From NCBI GenBank assembly GCA_963845755.1, contig CAWJTV010000020.1, forward strand, positions 224,001 through 288,000: DNA of 64,000 nucleotides. The letters are read 5' to 3'. Origin of the DNA: an uncultured Planctomycetota bacterium (GTDB taxonomy: Bacteria > Planctomycetota > Planctomycetia > Isosphaerales > Isosphaeraceae). The notes beneath the pieces were generated by a model. The model did no database searches. It was not told where the DNA came from and saw only the letters and a list, made by a program, of their open reading frames with translations. The position numbers and the translations under genes were made by a program. This document shows, piece after piece, positions 1 to 10,436 of the stretch (position 1 is the stretch's first letter; every line of letters starts with the position of its first letter).

Positions 1-1498
1 ATCGCCCGTGGCCGCGATCGTTCCCTTCCGATCGAGGAGCACCGCGTGCGGGATCCGGCTCACTCTGTACCGCTCGTAGAGCCAGCCCCACGTCGAGCCT
101 TTCTCCGGAGCGGCCACGTTGACGCAGACGGGGTATTGCATGTCGAATTCCTTCACGACCTTCCGGATCGCATCCTCGGTGCTGCCCGGCGGGTGGATGC
201 CGATCACCAGGATGTCCGCCGGGTGCCTCTTGTGCAAGGCGGCCAGCCCCGGCAGGTCGTTTCGGCAGGGGCCGCACCATTCGGCCCAGAAATCCAGGAT
301 CACGAGTTTGCCCGCGAGCTTGCCCACCTCCAGCGGCCGGCTGTTGAGCCATTTCGACTCGGCCGGGAACGGTGCCGCGGGCCGGCCGATCAGCGCCGCC
401 TGCTTCTGCTCGTACGACCGGTCGCGGTTCTCGCGCGCCTTCCCCTCGGCGATGATCTTCGCCCACTCCTCCGGCGGGATCACCGCCTTATGGCGGTACC
501 GTAGGGGCGGGTCGTGCGTCTGGTCGTTGACCCACGCCCCCTCCCGGAAGGACACCGTGAACAGGGCGTCGGGCAGGGACGGGTTGACCGTCGACTCGGT
601 GATGGTGACCGTGTGCGTCAGGTCGAGGAACGGCTTGCCGTCCTCGCCGGCCGAGAAGATCACCAATCTCTGGGTCATGGGAAGCCAGCACCCCGGCGCC
701 ACCTCCTTCTCGTCGCCCAGCGTGAACTCAAAAACCGGATCGATGAGCCGGTGCATCGCCTTCTCGTTGGCCCGCGACGGCAGGTAGATCCGACTCCTCA
801 GGTTCGCGAGCGCGCCCGACCGGATTCCGTGCAGTCGCCCTCCGATCGCCCCGATGAAGAGCGACGTCCACGAGGCCCGGTGATTCACCACGTGGCACGA
901 TGTCCCGTGGAAGTCGGCGAGCCCGCCGTACGCGTAGTCCTCGGGCTTGCCCAGCAACCGGGTGATCGCCTCGACGTCCTTCTCCTGGTTCCACCAGAAG
1001 GAGTGTGGCCCGGCCCGGAACGAGGCGAAATGTGTCCAGATGTGCCAGTAGAGCCATTGCTCCGGGTTGCGGTTGATGAGGTAGCCGTCGCGGTCGGGGG
1101 CGTAATCGTAGTGGTTGGCGAGGATGAACCGGGCACCATCCCACACCCGCAGGTCGTCGTCCTCTCCCACCGTCGTGACCCGCAACCGCACTCGCGAGCG
1201 GTCGAACGCGAGGTCGACCCGCCCGTCCTTTTCCGGCTCAAGGTCGCGGAACTTCGAAACGTCGGCCCCGGGGAACTGCGCCCGCAGCTCTTTCGTCCGC
1301 TTCTCGATCCCCCGCGGAGACCGTACCGAGTGCTCGTCGGCCCGGATCCGCAGGCTGCTTACGCGCTCGATCCACGCCTCCCGCGCCGCGTACCTGCCGC
1401 ACCAGGGCCGCCGCGTCGGGACCCTCGTCGGCCGTCGCGACCGCGACTGCAAGCCACAGCACCGTCCCGCCCGCCATCCCGGACCGCCCGATCTTCAT
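1..1498 (-). CDS. Secreted redoxin (TlpA/thioredoxin-like) domain protein; 3' end runs off the window; +1 frameshift near 1388
   Basis: Reverse complement of 241-300 reads ILDFWAEWCGPCRNDLPGLA (WCGPC active site). N-terminus MKIGRSGMAGGTVLWLAVAVATA looks like a signal peptide. Removing one G near 1388 joins it to AREAWIERVSSLRIRA. Confidence 0.8.
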
Positions 1499-1881
1499 GG
1501 GTCGGCTCCCCAGCCACGATACCCGACAAGTGTTCGAGGCTCAGAGCATCTTACAATGGTCATAGACCCACGGCAAGTTCAGGGAGCGTCACAGGGGTTC
1601 CCGGGAAATGGCGATCCTGGCATGCTTGGACGCTTACGGACAGCGCCACAAGAGCACCTTGATCGCTTCAGTTATTTGTCAACACGGGCTGGTGGGGTGG
1701 TGGTCAGTTCCGATCAATTCTAGTGATGGGTTCCCACCCGGCCTGCTGCCGGGTGGGCAATCATCCGGCCGCGGTACCCTCAGAGAATGGGTCTCGGGCT
1801 TGCCACCTAAGCCCTTATTGCCTAAGATGAATCGTCCGATCCTCTCGTCATGTGGACCGCAGGGGGTTCTGGGAAGGAACC

Positions 1882-2337
1882 ATGCCGATTACCTTCACCA
1901 AGCTGCGTCTCTCATGGTTCGCCCTGGCGGCGTTTGTGGGTGCGTCCCAGGTGACGGGCGATGCATCGGCGGCCTGTGGGTCAATGCCGGCCACCGGGGC
2001 GTGTCCGCGGGTTCGCGTTTGCTGCAAAGGATCGGAATCGGCCACGTCGATCCGGACCGCCGTTGCACCGGCGATTGCCCGTCAGGTCATCCTGTCGCCG
2101 AGCCGGAACATCTGCCCGGATATTCCCGGATGTCATTGCTGTCCGCAAGCTCCGACCGCCCCGCAACCCAGGGGACGGCATGCCGAGGAAAGCCGTCCCG
2201 ATCCGGGCCGCAGTGCGGAGGCCGGATGGCTCGATCTCGGCGTCGTTTTCCGGCCGTTTATCGGTCCGGTGCCGCCGACAGTCAGCCCGCCGCAGACATC
2301 CCCTCTCTATCTCCGCAATTCCCGGCTTCTGATCTGA
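1882..2337 (+). CDS. Cys-rich exported hypothetical protein with Pro-rich segment and C-terminal PLYLRNSRLLI (leader-like)
   Basis: ATG at 1882 after GGAAGGA; hydrophobic N-terminus; 8 Cys (CC, CHCC); ends PPTVSPPQTSPLYLRNSRLLI. Confidence 0.65.
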   Translation: MPITFTKLRLSWFALAAFVGASQVTGDASAACGSMPATGACPRVRVCCKGSESATSIRTAVAPAIARQVILSPSRNICPDIPGCHCCPQAPTAPQPRGRHAEESRPDPGRSAEAGWLDLGVVFRPFIGPVPPTVSPPQTSPLYLRNSRLLI

Positions 2338-2567
2338 AATCGCCCCTGCATCGAGGTCATCGAGATTCATGCGTTCGGCGTCCGTATTCGGCTCCCTGCG
2401 GGCCGGAGTGCCGCTACGCATCGGGTGTCGAGCAGTCCTGATGCCAGGGCTGAGGATGACGGTCCGTACTCATGGATCGTCATCCCCCTCCCTGTCAGGG
2501 GGCGGGAACGTGCCGCCCGCAACGTGCGTGCGGCCGATTTCAGGGTCATGAAGTTGGGAGACAGATC

Positions 2568-2888
2568 ATGAATCGTCGTCGATTGTTGGGCATGGTCGGG
2601 GCGTTAGCCTTGGCCGGCGTGATGGGCGTTGTTGCGGCCGCCGAGAAGACGAAGGCGGCCAAGGCAGCAGCGGACTGCTGTTGCGGTGATAGCTGCTGCT
2701 GTGGGGACGCCTGCCAGGATGCTTGCTGCTGCGGTCCCGACTGCTGCGGCGATGCCTGCTGCTGCGAGTCCACCACGAGCAGGGCGGCTGCCGTCAAGGT
2801 CGAGTCATGCTGTGTGGAAGACGTCAAGGCGGCGGCGGACTGCTGCCCGGCGACCACGGCCGAAGCCAAAGCTGCGGTCGTCCACTGA
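2568..2888 (+). CDS. Small exported Cys-rich (metallothionein-like) protein, 106 aa
   Basis: RBS GGGAGA; MNRRRLLG plus hydrophobic segment and AxA (Tat/Sec-like signal); 19 Cys in CCC/CC clusters; followed by a terminator-like hairpin. Confidence 0.75.
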   Translation: MNRRRLLGMVGALALAGVMGVVAAAEKTKAAKAAADCCCGDSCCCGDACQDACCCGPDCCGDACCCESTTSRAAAVKVESCCVEDVKAAADCCPATTAEAKAAVVH

Positions 2889-2957
2889 GATTCGGGAGAG
2901 CCGGTCCCCGGCGGCACCAGGGACCGGCTCCGGTCAGAACCCGAAGGTCAGACGCAA

Positions 2958-2991
2958 GGGGCGGGACGCATCGAGCGTCCCGCCCCGTTTC
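2958..2991 (+). terminator. Intrinsic terminator-like hairpin
   Basis: GGGGCGGGACGC-atcga-GCGTCCCGCCCC (12-bp perfect stem) followed by GTTT, about 70 bp after the stop codon. Confidence 0.6.
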
Positions 2992-3081
2992 CATTGTACG
3001 GTGATACGGCACGCCGGCTAGAATCGGCGGCCGTATCGTCTATTTCTGCACCGGGGAGTAGCATCCGAGAGTGACCCGACG

Positions 3082-3185
3082 ATGACAGCGTTCGGCTTCG
3101 CCTGCTTGATCGGTGTGTTCCTGCTTACCGCTTTGGTCAGTGTCGCGACGGGCGGCACTTCGCTCATCACCGTGGCGGCGATGAG
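3082..3185 (+). pseudogene. N-terminal remnant of a TSUP (TauE/SafE) family transporter
   Basis: MTAFGFACLIGVFLLTALVSVATGGTSLITVAAM resembles the first TM/GG motif of TSUP proteins; similarity stops after about 34 codons. Confidence 0.45.
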
Positions 3186-3714
3186 CCCGCGCCGCGCCCC
3201 TCTCCCTCCAGGTCAGCCGGCAAGGCCGGTTAGTCTCCACCTTAAATTTTTTTTGGAATTTTTTATCTGCCGCTGGGGTCAGGACTTCAGGCGGCTCGCG
3301 GCCAAAATCCGCGCTAGGTGCATTAACGCTTTCGAAAAGTTGCGGCATCCTGATAGATATGAGGATGCGCGATGACGACACGAAGCTGGGCCTCGGGACT
3401 GCGCCGACCGATTCGCCCAATCACCGCAACCCGTTCCCGGTCAGCGAGATCGGGGATGGAGCCCCGGCAAATAGATGTCCAGAAATGCCATCCTGTGCCT
3501 CAATTCTGCCCCGGGGTAAGGGATGGCGGGGTCGTTCCGAGAAGCCGGGTCGATCCCCGGAACGTTGCCGCCCCGCTCACCATCGCGGAACGGCGTGGCG
3601 ATCGGCGAGAGCTCTCGAAAAAACAAGAGACCATTTCCGGGCCGGTCGCTCGCCCGCGAAGCGATGATCGGAGGACCGCGGAATGGTTGGGACGGTCTAA
3701 AATCGTGGCTCACT

Positions 3715-3770
3715 ATATATAGATGATTTTTAATATGTTATTGATATTAAAAATAATTAAATGACTAAAT
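3715..3770. promoter_or_regulatory. AT-rich island with 11-bp perfect inverted repeat (candidate operator)
   Basis: ATTTTTAATAT-gttattg-ATATTAAAAAT at 3726-3754, about 230 bp upstream of the E1 gene, in otherwise GC-rich DNA. Confidence 0.55.
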
Positions 3771-3985
3771 GATCGTTGTTGATCTGGCGCGGTGGGCCCG
3801 GGGCCGCATGCCCGGCTCGTGGAGGCGCCGCTTGGTGTGCGCCGCTCAATTGCGGTCCGCTCCCGATGCCCTGATCTCTGGCACCGCGGGACCCGGTCCG
3901 TACAATGGAAAGCCGGATCGTGGACCGATCGGGGTGAGTTCGAGGGCGTCCCTTCCAGCGCCGGAGCCGTTGAGGTGACCGACTG

Positions 3986-6004
3986 ATGGCGACCGTGACT
4001 TCGCGTGCGGAGTTGAAGGCCGAGCGACTGCTGGGCCTATACCGGCAGATGCAGACGATCCGGCGGTGCGAGGAGCACCTGGCGCGGGCGCATCAACGCG
4101 GGCTGGTGCACGGAGCCTGCCACACCTATGTCGGCGAGGAGGCGATCGCCGTCGGTGTTCTGCGCCACCTCCGCACTGACGATGTGGTCTTCAGCACGCA
4201 TCGGGGTCACGGCCACGCCCTGGCCAAGGGGGTGGCGCCGCGAGCGCTGGCGGCGGAGCTGATGGGACGCGAGACCGGCTGCTCGTATGGCCGCGGAGGC
4301 AGCATGCACCTGTTTGCCCCCGAGGTCGGCATGATGGGCACCAGCGGGATCGTCGGCCCGTGTATCCTCCAGGCCGCCGGCGCCGGCTACAGCTTCAAGC
4401 TCCTGGAATCCGACCAGGTCGCCGTGGCTTTCTTCGGCGACGGTGCCGTCAACAACGGCGCCTTCCACGAGGGGCTGAACATGGCCGGCATCTGGAAGTT
4501 GCCGGTCCTGTTCGTCTGCGAGAACAACGAGTTCGCCACGGAGGTCCCCTTCCAGTATTCGGCTGGAAATCCCGGTGTCGCCAGCCGGGCGGACTCCTAC
4601 GGACTGCCCGGTATCGCGGTCAACGGCAACGATGTCCTGGCCGTCTCCGATGCCGCGAGCGAGGCCGTCGCGCGCGCCCGACGTGGCGGAGGCGCAACCT
4701 TGATCGAGTGCAAGACCTACCGGACTCGGCCCCACGCCGAGGGCATGGGCGATTACACCTACCGGACCCGCGAGGATGTCGACCTCTGGAAGACCCGTTG
4801 CCCGATCCAGCGGCTTCGTGGGATTCTCATCGAGGAGTCGCTCGCCGGGGAGGCCGAGCTACAGTCCATTGATGAGGAGGTCGAGGCGGAGGTCGTCGCG
4901 GCCTTGCAGTTCGCCGAGTCGAGCCCATGGCCGAAGCCGGAGTCGGCCGCCGATCACGTCTACGCGGATCCGGCCGTTGCATCGCCGTCGAAAACCCCGA
5001 TCCGCAACACGGCACCGCAGTCCGGCGGGCGCGAGCTTACGTTCATGAAGGCGACGCTCGAAGCCCTGACGGAAGAAATGGCGAAGAACCCGCACATCTT
5101 CGTGATGGGAGAGGGGATCGGCAAGCGGGGCGGCAACTTCGCCACCACGTCCGGCCTGTTCGACAAATATGGACCGGTCCGCCTCTGCGACACGCCGATC
5201 TGCGAGCGCGGGTTCGTCGGGTTGTCGTGCGGCGCCGCGATGACCGGGACCCATCCGGTGATCGACTTCATGTTCGCCGATTTCGTGCTGGACTCGGTCG
5301 GCGAGATCCTCAATCAGATCGCCAAGATTCAGTATATGAGTCACGGCCGGATCCCGATGCCCGTGCTCTTGAGAGGCTGCGTCGGAATCGGGCACTCGGC
5401 CGCCACGCATCACTCCGGCAACTACTACGCGATGTACGCGCATTTCCCCGGCCTGCGCGTGGTCGTCCCCTCGACGCCCTACGACGCCAAGGGCCTGCTC
5501 AAGCGGGCGCTCAACTGCCGCGACCCGGTCCTGTTCCTCGAGCATCGCGAGATCCTCGGTGTCAAAGGACCGGTGCCGGAGGAGGAATATGAGATCGAGT
5601 TCGGCCGGGCGGCCGTCGTTCGCGAGGGGACGGACGTCACGGTCGTCGCCCTGGCGAGGATGGTCCACGAAGTCTTGAAGGCGCACGAGGCGCTCGAGCG
5701 CGAGGGGATCTCGATCGAGTTGGTCGACCCGCGTACGATCGCGCCGCTGGATTTCGACACGATCCACCAATCGATCCGGAAGACCGGGCGCTTGCTGATC
5801 GTCGACGAGGACTTCGCGCCCTTCGGCGTGGGTGCCGAGATTGCGGCCCGGATGGCGGACGTCGGTTTCGACGACCTCGATGCACCGATCCGCCGGGTCA
5901 ATGGCGTGCATACCCCGACGCCCTACAGCCCTCCTCTGGAGGCGGCTGTCGTCCCCGACGTGGCGGCTATCACTCGCGCCATCCGAGACCTCATCCGGGA
6001 GTAA
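3986..6004 (+). CDS. 2-oxoacid/acetoin dehydrogenase E1, fused alpha+beta subunits
   Basis: GRGGSMH, TPP-binding GDGA...N motif, then beta-type DTPICERGF and HSATHHS segments. Confidence 0.93.
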   Translation: MATVTSRAELKAERLLGLYRQMQTIRRCEEHLARAHQRGLVHGACHTYVGEEAIAVGVLRHLRTDDVVFSTHRGHGHALAKGVAPRALAAELMGRETGCSYGRGGSMHLFAPEVGMMGTSGIVGPCILQAAGAGYSFKLLESDQVAVAFFGDGAVNNGAFHEGLNMAGIWKLPVLFVCENNEFATEVPFQYSAGNPGVASRADSYGLPGIAVNGNDVLAVSDAASEAVARARRGGGATLIECKTYRTRPHAEGMGDYTYRTREDVDLWKTRCPIQRLRGILIEESLAGEAELQSIDEEVEAEVVAALQFAESSPWPKPESAADHVYADPAVASPSKTPIRNTAPQSGGRELTFMKATLEALTEEMAKNPHIFVMGEGIGKRGGNFATTSGLFDKYGPVRLCDTPICERGFVGLSCGAAMTGTHPVIDFMFADFVLDSVGEILNQIAKIQYMSHGRIPMPVLLRGCVGIGHSAATHHSGNYYAMYAHFPGLRVVVPSTPYDAKGLLKRALNCRDPVLFLEHREILGVKGPVPEEEYEIEFGRAAVVREGTDVTVVALARMVHEVLKAHEALEREGISIELVDPRTIAPLDFDTIHQSIRKTGRLLIVDEDFAPFGVGAEIAARMADVGFDDLDAPIRRVNGVHTPTPYSPPLEAAVVPDVAAITRAIRDLIRE

Positions 6005-6014
6005 AGGCGACGAC

Positions 6015-7259
6015 ATGGCCACCACCATTACCGTTCCCCGGCTCGGCTGGAACATGGACGAAGGCGTGTTCATGGGCTGGCTCAAGGAGGATGGCCAGGC
6101 CGTCCGTCCGGGCGATCCCCTCTTTATCCTGGAGGGTGAGAAAGCGACCCAGGACATCGAGGCGAGCGATGCCGGAATCCTGCGGATTCCCTCGACGGCC
6201 CCGAGCCCAGGCGATACGGTCGCCGTCGGCCTGGTGATCGGTTACCTCCTCGGCCCGGGCGAGACCGAGCCGGTGGGCGTCTCGCCTGCCGTTGAGAATG
6301 GCGCGGGGAGTAGCTCGGGTGGTCATGTGGTATCGATCGCACCGGAGGCGGTCGTGCTGACCGCGAGTGGCACCCCGGCCGATCGTGGCAATCGTCCACG
6401 GATCTCACCGCTGGCCCGTCGGCTCGCGCGCGAGCTGGGCGTTCAACTGGTCACGGCTCCACGGCAGTGGCTCGACCGGGCGGATCCGCAAGGTCGACAT
6501 CCTCGCAGCCGCCGGGGATCGCGACGATCGGGAGTCGCCCGCATCGACGCAGGTCGACCGGGCGACGCTACCGGGCCGGTCGGTACCGATCGGGCCGACG
6601 CGCCGGACGATCGCTGCTCGGATGATCGAGAGCCGTCACACGACCGCGCCCGTGACGCTGAACACCACAGCGGACGCGACGAATCTGGTGAACCTCCGGG
6701 CCCAGTTCAAGGCGGCCTCACCGCCGGGACGCGAGCTGCCCGGCTATACGGACTTCCTCGTCAAGCTGACTGCGTCGGCGCTCGGAGACCACCCGATGCT
6801 TCAGGCTCGCTGGGACGGGGATCGCCTCGTGATCCCCGACGAGCCGCAGATCGGGATCGCCGTCGATACTGACGAGGGTCTGGTCGTCCCGGTGGTCCGG
6901 GGCGCGCGGGCGCTTGGGCTGGGAGCGATCGTCGATCGCGCGCGCGATCTGGTCCGTGCGCTCGCGAGCGACGGCTCCGGCCGGACGAGATGCAAGGCGG
7001 CACGTTCACGATCACGAACCTGGGCTCCTTCGGCGTCGAGACGTTCACGCCGATCATCAACCCGCCCGAGTGTGCCGTCCTGGGAATTGGGCGGATCGTT
7101 CGCGAGCCGGTCATGAACGGAGACCAGGTCGTCGCGCGGGAGCGAATGAGCCTGAGCCTGACTTTCGACCATCGCATCGTCAACGGCGCGCCGGCCGCCC
7201 GTTTCCTCCAATCGCTCGTTCGGCTGATCGAAAACCCAGGCCCGTGGTTAATTCCTTGA
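6015..7259 (+). CDS. Dihydrolipoamide acyltransferase E2 (two frameshifts, near 6443 and 6958)
   Basis: Lipoyl domain (EGEKA), E3-binding ISPLARRLA...GSGSTGRI, catalytic GGTFTITNLG and FDHRIV[N]G spread over three frames. Confidence 0.9.
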
Positions 7260-7272
7260 AAGAGGACGGCCC

Positions 7273-8054
7273 ATGCGTTGCGACCTATCGGGAAAAGTCA
7301 GCCTGGTCACCGGTGCGGCCCGGGGGATCGGCCGGTCGATCGCCGACGCCTTCGCGGCGAATGGCAGCCGGGTCGTGTACACCGACATCGACGAGGCAGG
7401 CGCACTCGAAGCCGCGTCGGGGGTGCCGGGCGCCCTCGGTCGGGCATCGACGTGACCCGCACCGCGGACATCGAGCAGACCATCGACTGGATTATCGCAA
7501 CCTGTGGGCGGCTGGACGTCGTGGTGAACAACGCGGGCGTGAATACGCTGGCGCACCGCGTGACCATCGACCAGTTCCCGCGCGAGGAGTGGGACCGGAT
7601 CCTATCCGTCGATATCACCGGCCTCTACGAGGTCAGCCGATTCGCGGCACGGGTGATGCGGGCGCAAGGCTCCGGGCGAATCATCAATATCGCCTCGATC
7701 GTCGGCCTGGTCCCGCTCCGGCTCCAGTGTGCGTTCGTCGCGGCCAAGGCCGGCGTGGTCAACCTGACCAAGGCCATGGCGCTGGAGCTCGGCCCTCACG
7801 GAATCCTCGTGAACGGAATCGCCCCCGGTTCGACCCTGACCGAGGGCACTCGCAAACTCTTCTACAGCGAGGGGGGCCTGTTCCACGATTCGGTCAAGCA
7901 GATGATCGCCCACATCCCGCTCGGGCGGCCAGCGGAGACACGGGAGATCGCGGTCGCCGCGCTGTTCCTGGCCGACCCGGAGAATAGCTACATGAACGGC
8001 CACATGCTGACGGTCAACGGCGGCTGGACGGCGGGGTATGCCCGCGAGTTCTGA
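7273..8054 (+). CDS. Short-chain dehydrogenase/reductase (frameshift near 7440)
   Basis: TGAARGIG Rossmann motif, NNAG, NIAS; catalytic YxxxK position reads FVAAK. Confidence 0.88.
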
Positions 8055-8076
8055 CCGGGCGACCGGAGTTTCGCCC

Positions 8077-9070
8077 TCAGTTCCGTGGGGCCGGTTTCTC
8101 GACTTCCGGCGTAGGTTTTCCCTTCTGTACGGTCGCTTTCGGCTCCTGGAGGTGCTGATCGAACCAGTTGAACGCACTGGGCGGCGTCCGCGCCGATGGT
8201 GAGCCAGCCGTGCCCCGCGCCCTGCTTGACCGACAACTTCGCCTCGACTCCGGCCTTCTTCAGCTTCTCGACGATCAGCTCGGATTGCTGGAGTGGGACG
8301 AGCTGATCCTGATCGCCATGGATGATGAAGGTCGGCGGGTCGTCCGGCGTGACGTGGTAGACCGGCGAAACCTGTCGGGCGATCTCCTCGAGGCGCACGT
8401 CGTCGGTGATCGACACCCAGAGGCGGCTCTGCTTGTCCAGCTCGCGATAGTCGAAGGCGGGCCGGTACGGCGGGCCGTGGTCAATCGCGTGGATCTTCCG
8501 ATTGCCGGGTTTGCCGTAGTTGAGAAAGTCGGTCGGCGGGAAGAAGCACGCGACAGCCTGAACGCGGCTGGATTCGCGATCCACCACATCTTTGGCATCC
8601 GACTTTCCGTCGTCTCCGGCCGTCCCCAGCATGAGCGAGAGATGGCCGCCCGCCGATGCACCGCACACACCGAGGCGAACGGGATCGATGCCGTAATCCT
8701 TGCTGTGGTGACGGATGAATCGGACCGCTCGATTCATGTCCTGGACGATCTCGGGAACCGTGAATCGCGGCTGGCTGCCATGGACGACGGCGAACACGGT
8801 GTACCCCCGATCGGTCAGCGGTCGAACGAAAGCCGGCTGGATGGCCTCATGTGAGGAGACGAACCCGCCGCTGACGACCAGGATCACGCCAATTCCCTTG
8901 GCATCCTTCTTCGGTGTGAAGACGTCCATGGTCAAAGCCGTACCGAACTTGCGCCCGTAGATCACGTCTTCTTTGCGGTCGAAGGGCGGTTCCTCGGCTT
9001 CAACGAAGGGGGTTCCGAGGGTCATGCCGGCCATCAGGGCGAAGAACATCCGAAACGTGGCTCGATTCAT
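8077..9070 (-). CDS. Secreted alpha/beta hydrolase (esterase/lipase-like); +1 frameshift near 8170
   Basis: Signal peptide, GASAGG nucleophile elbow, HGDQD and GAGHG. The corrected C-terminus reads WFDQHL...PRN with stop at 8077. Confidence 0.88.
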
Positions 9071-9177
9071 GAGAGCGTCTCCAGGGGTGCGAATATCGGT
9101 TCCCACCAGCGGACTCTTGTCAGCATAACCAATGGACCGATCCACTGCCTCATTGGTGTTGCTGATTCCGCAACGCT

Positions 9178-10308
9178 TCAGGTGAGCTCGGCTCCGCCGG
9201 CTCCGGTTGATGGACCACCTAGCGCGAATTTTCCGGGGAGGACGACAACGTGCTCGGGCGCGACGGAGAGCGTCAGGCTCTGACCTTCACGAAGGCCCTG
9301 AGACTGGCTCTGGAGTACGGAGACCATGACGGGCCAGTCGCCAGGTCCACGTGCCTGGATCTGCCGCAACTCGCCCCGGAACAGGATGCCCTCAATGGTT
9401 GCCGGGAAGCGGTTCCAGCCGGCCGGGACGGTCGTCGCCACAGCCAGGGTGTCGGGTCGGATCGAAATGGTGACGGGCGTACCTTGGCCGGGTGCGCCGG
9501 GCTGGCTTCGGCCGATGAGCCGCCCGAGAGGCGTACGCACCACGACCTCGCCGCGCAGGTCGCCTCCCTGGCTTTCGATCTGGCCCTGGAGCAAGTTCGT
9601 CGGACCCAGCAACCGCGCCACGAACACATCGGCGGGACGGTTGTAGAGGTCGGCGGCCGGGCCGACCTGCACGATCCGGCCGAGGTCCATCACGGCCAGG
9701 TGGTCGGCCAGCGCCAGGGCCTCGTCGGGATCATCCGTCAGGACCAGCGTCGTGATCCCTGCCTCCGCGTGCACCTGGCGGAGGTCGTCCCAGCAATCCT
9801 CTCGAGCCCGAGGATTCAGGACGCCGAGCGGCGCATCGAGGATCAGCAGTTCGGGCTCGGTCACCAGGGCCCGTGCGAGGGCCGTCCGGATCCGCTGTTG
9901 AGGCGACAATTGGTCGGGACGGCGCCCGGCCAAGCTATCGATACGCAGGGCGGTGAGCGTCTCCTCGATCCGGTGGCGTCGATCTTGTCGCGACAACTTC
10001 CGGACCCTCAACGGATATCCGACGTTCTCGACCACGGTCAGGCCCGGCCATAATCCCAGGTCCTGGAAGACCATCCCCACGCCCCGGACCTGGGCTGGCA
10101 GCTTCTGGACCATCCGCTCCCCGAGATAGATCTCGCCGTCGTCCGCTGACTCCAGACCGGCCACGAGCCGCGCCAGCGTGGTCTTCCCCGCTCCCGAGGG
10201 ACCCAGCACATAGTTCATTCCCCCCGGACGCAACTCGAACGACGCCCCATCCACCGCCGGGATCGCACCATAACGCTTGACCAGACCTTCGAGGGTGACT
10301 CTTAGCAT
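9178..10308 (-). CDS. ABC transporter ATP-binding protein (PotA/FbpC-like, TOBE C-terminus)
   Basis: Walker A GPSGAGKT, Q-loop VFQD; degenerate signature LSPQQ, Walker B LILDA, H-loop replaced by TDD. Confidence 0.88.
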   Translation of the reverse strand: MLRVTLEGLVKRYGAIPAVDGASFELRPGGMNYVLGPSGAGKTTLARLVAGLESADDGEIYLGERMVQKLPAQVRGVGMVFQDLGLWPGLTVVENVGYPLRVRKLSRQDRRHRIEETLTALRIDSLAGRRPDQLSPQQRIRTALARALVTEPELLILDAPLGVLNPRAREDCWDDLRQVHAEAGITTLVLTDDPDEALALADHLAVMDLGRIVQVGPAADLYNRPADVFVARLLGPTNLLQGQIESQGGDLRGEVVVRTPLGRLIGRSQPGAPGQGTPVTISIRPDTLAVATTVPAGWNRFPATIEGILFRGELRQIQARGPGDWPVMVSVLQSQSQGLREGQSLTLSVAPEHVVVLPGKFALGGPSTGAGGAELT

Positions 10309-10368
10309 TTTGAGCGGTCAATGGTATTTGGTCAGGGAATACAGTGTTAGCGACGATCCGAGAAGTGA

Positions 10369-10428
10369 GTAGGGAGGGTGAAACCCACCAGAATCGGGCC
10401 ACTTCTTGGTGGCTTTCACCCACCCTAC
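10369..10428. repeat. GTAG-type REP doublet (family 1)
   Basis: GTAGGGAGGGTGAAACCCACC...GGTGGCTTTCACCCACCCTAC inverted pair; near-identical copy at 29781-29838. Confidence 0.8.
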
Positions 10429-10436
10429 AAGAGCTT

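Noticed and set aside
514..1662. Long ORFs opposite real genes (e.g. 514-1662+, 4859-6157-, 23841-25262+, 58190-59728+)
   Set aside because: Antisense shadow frames typical of high-GC coding DNA, with no recognisable motifs.
2546..2917. Gln-rich ORF on the minus strand
   Set aside because: Antisense reading of the TGC (Cys) codons; the plus-strand ORF has the RBS, signal peptide and terminator.
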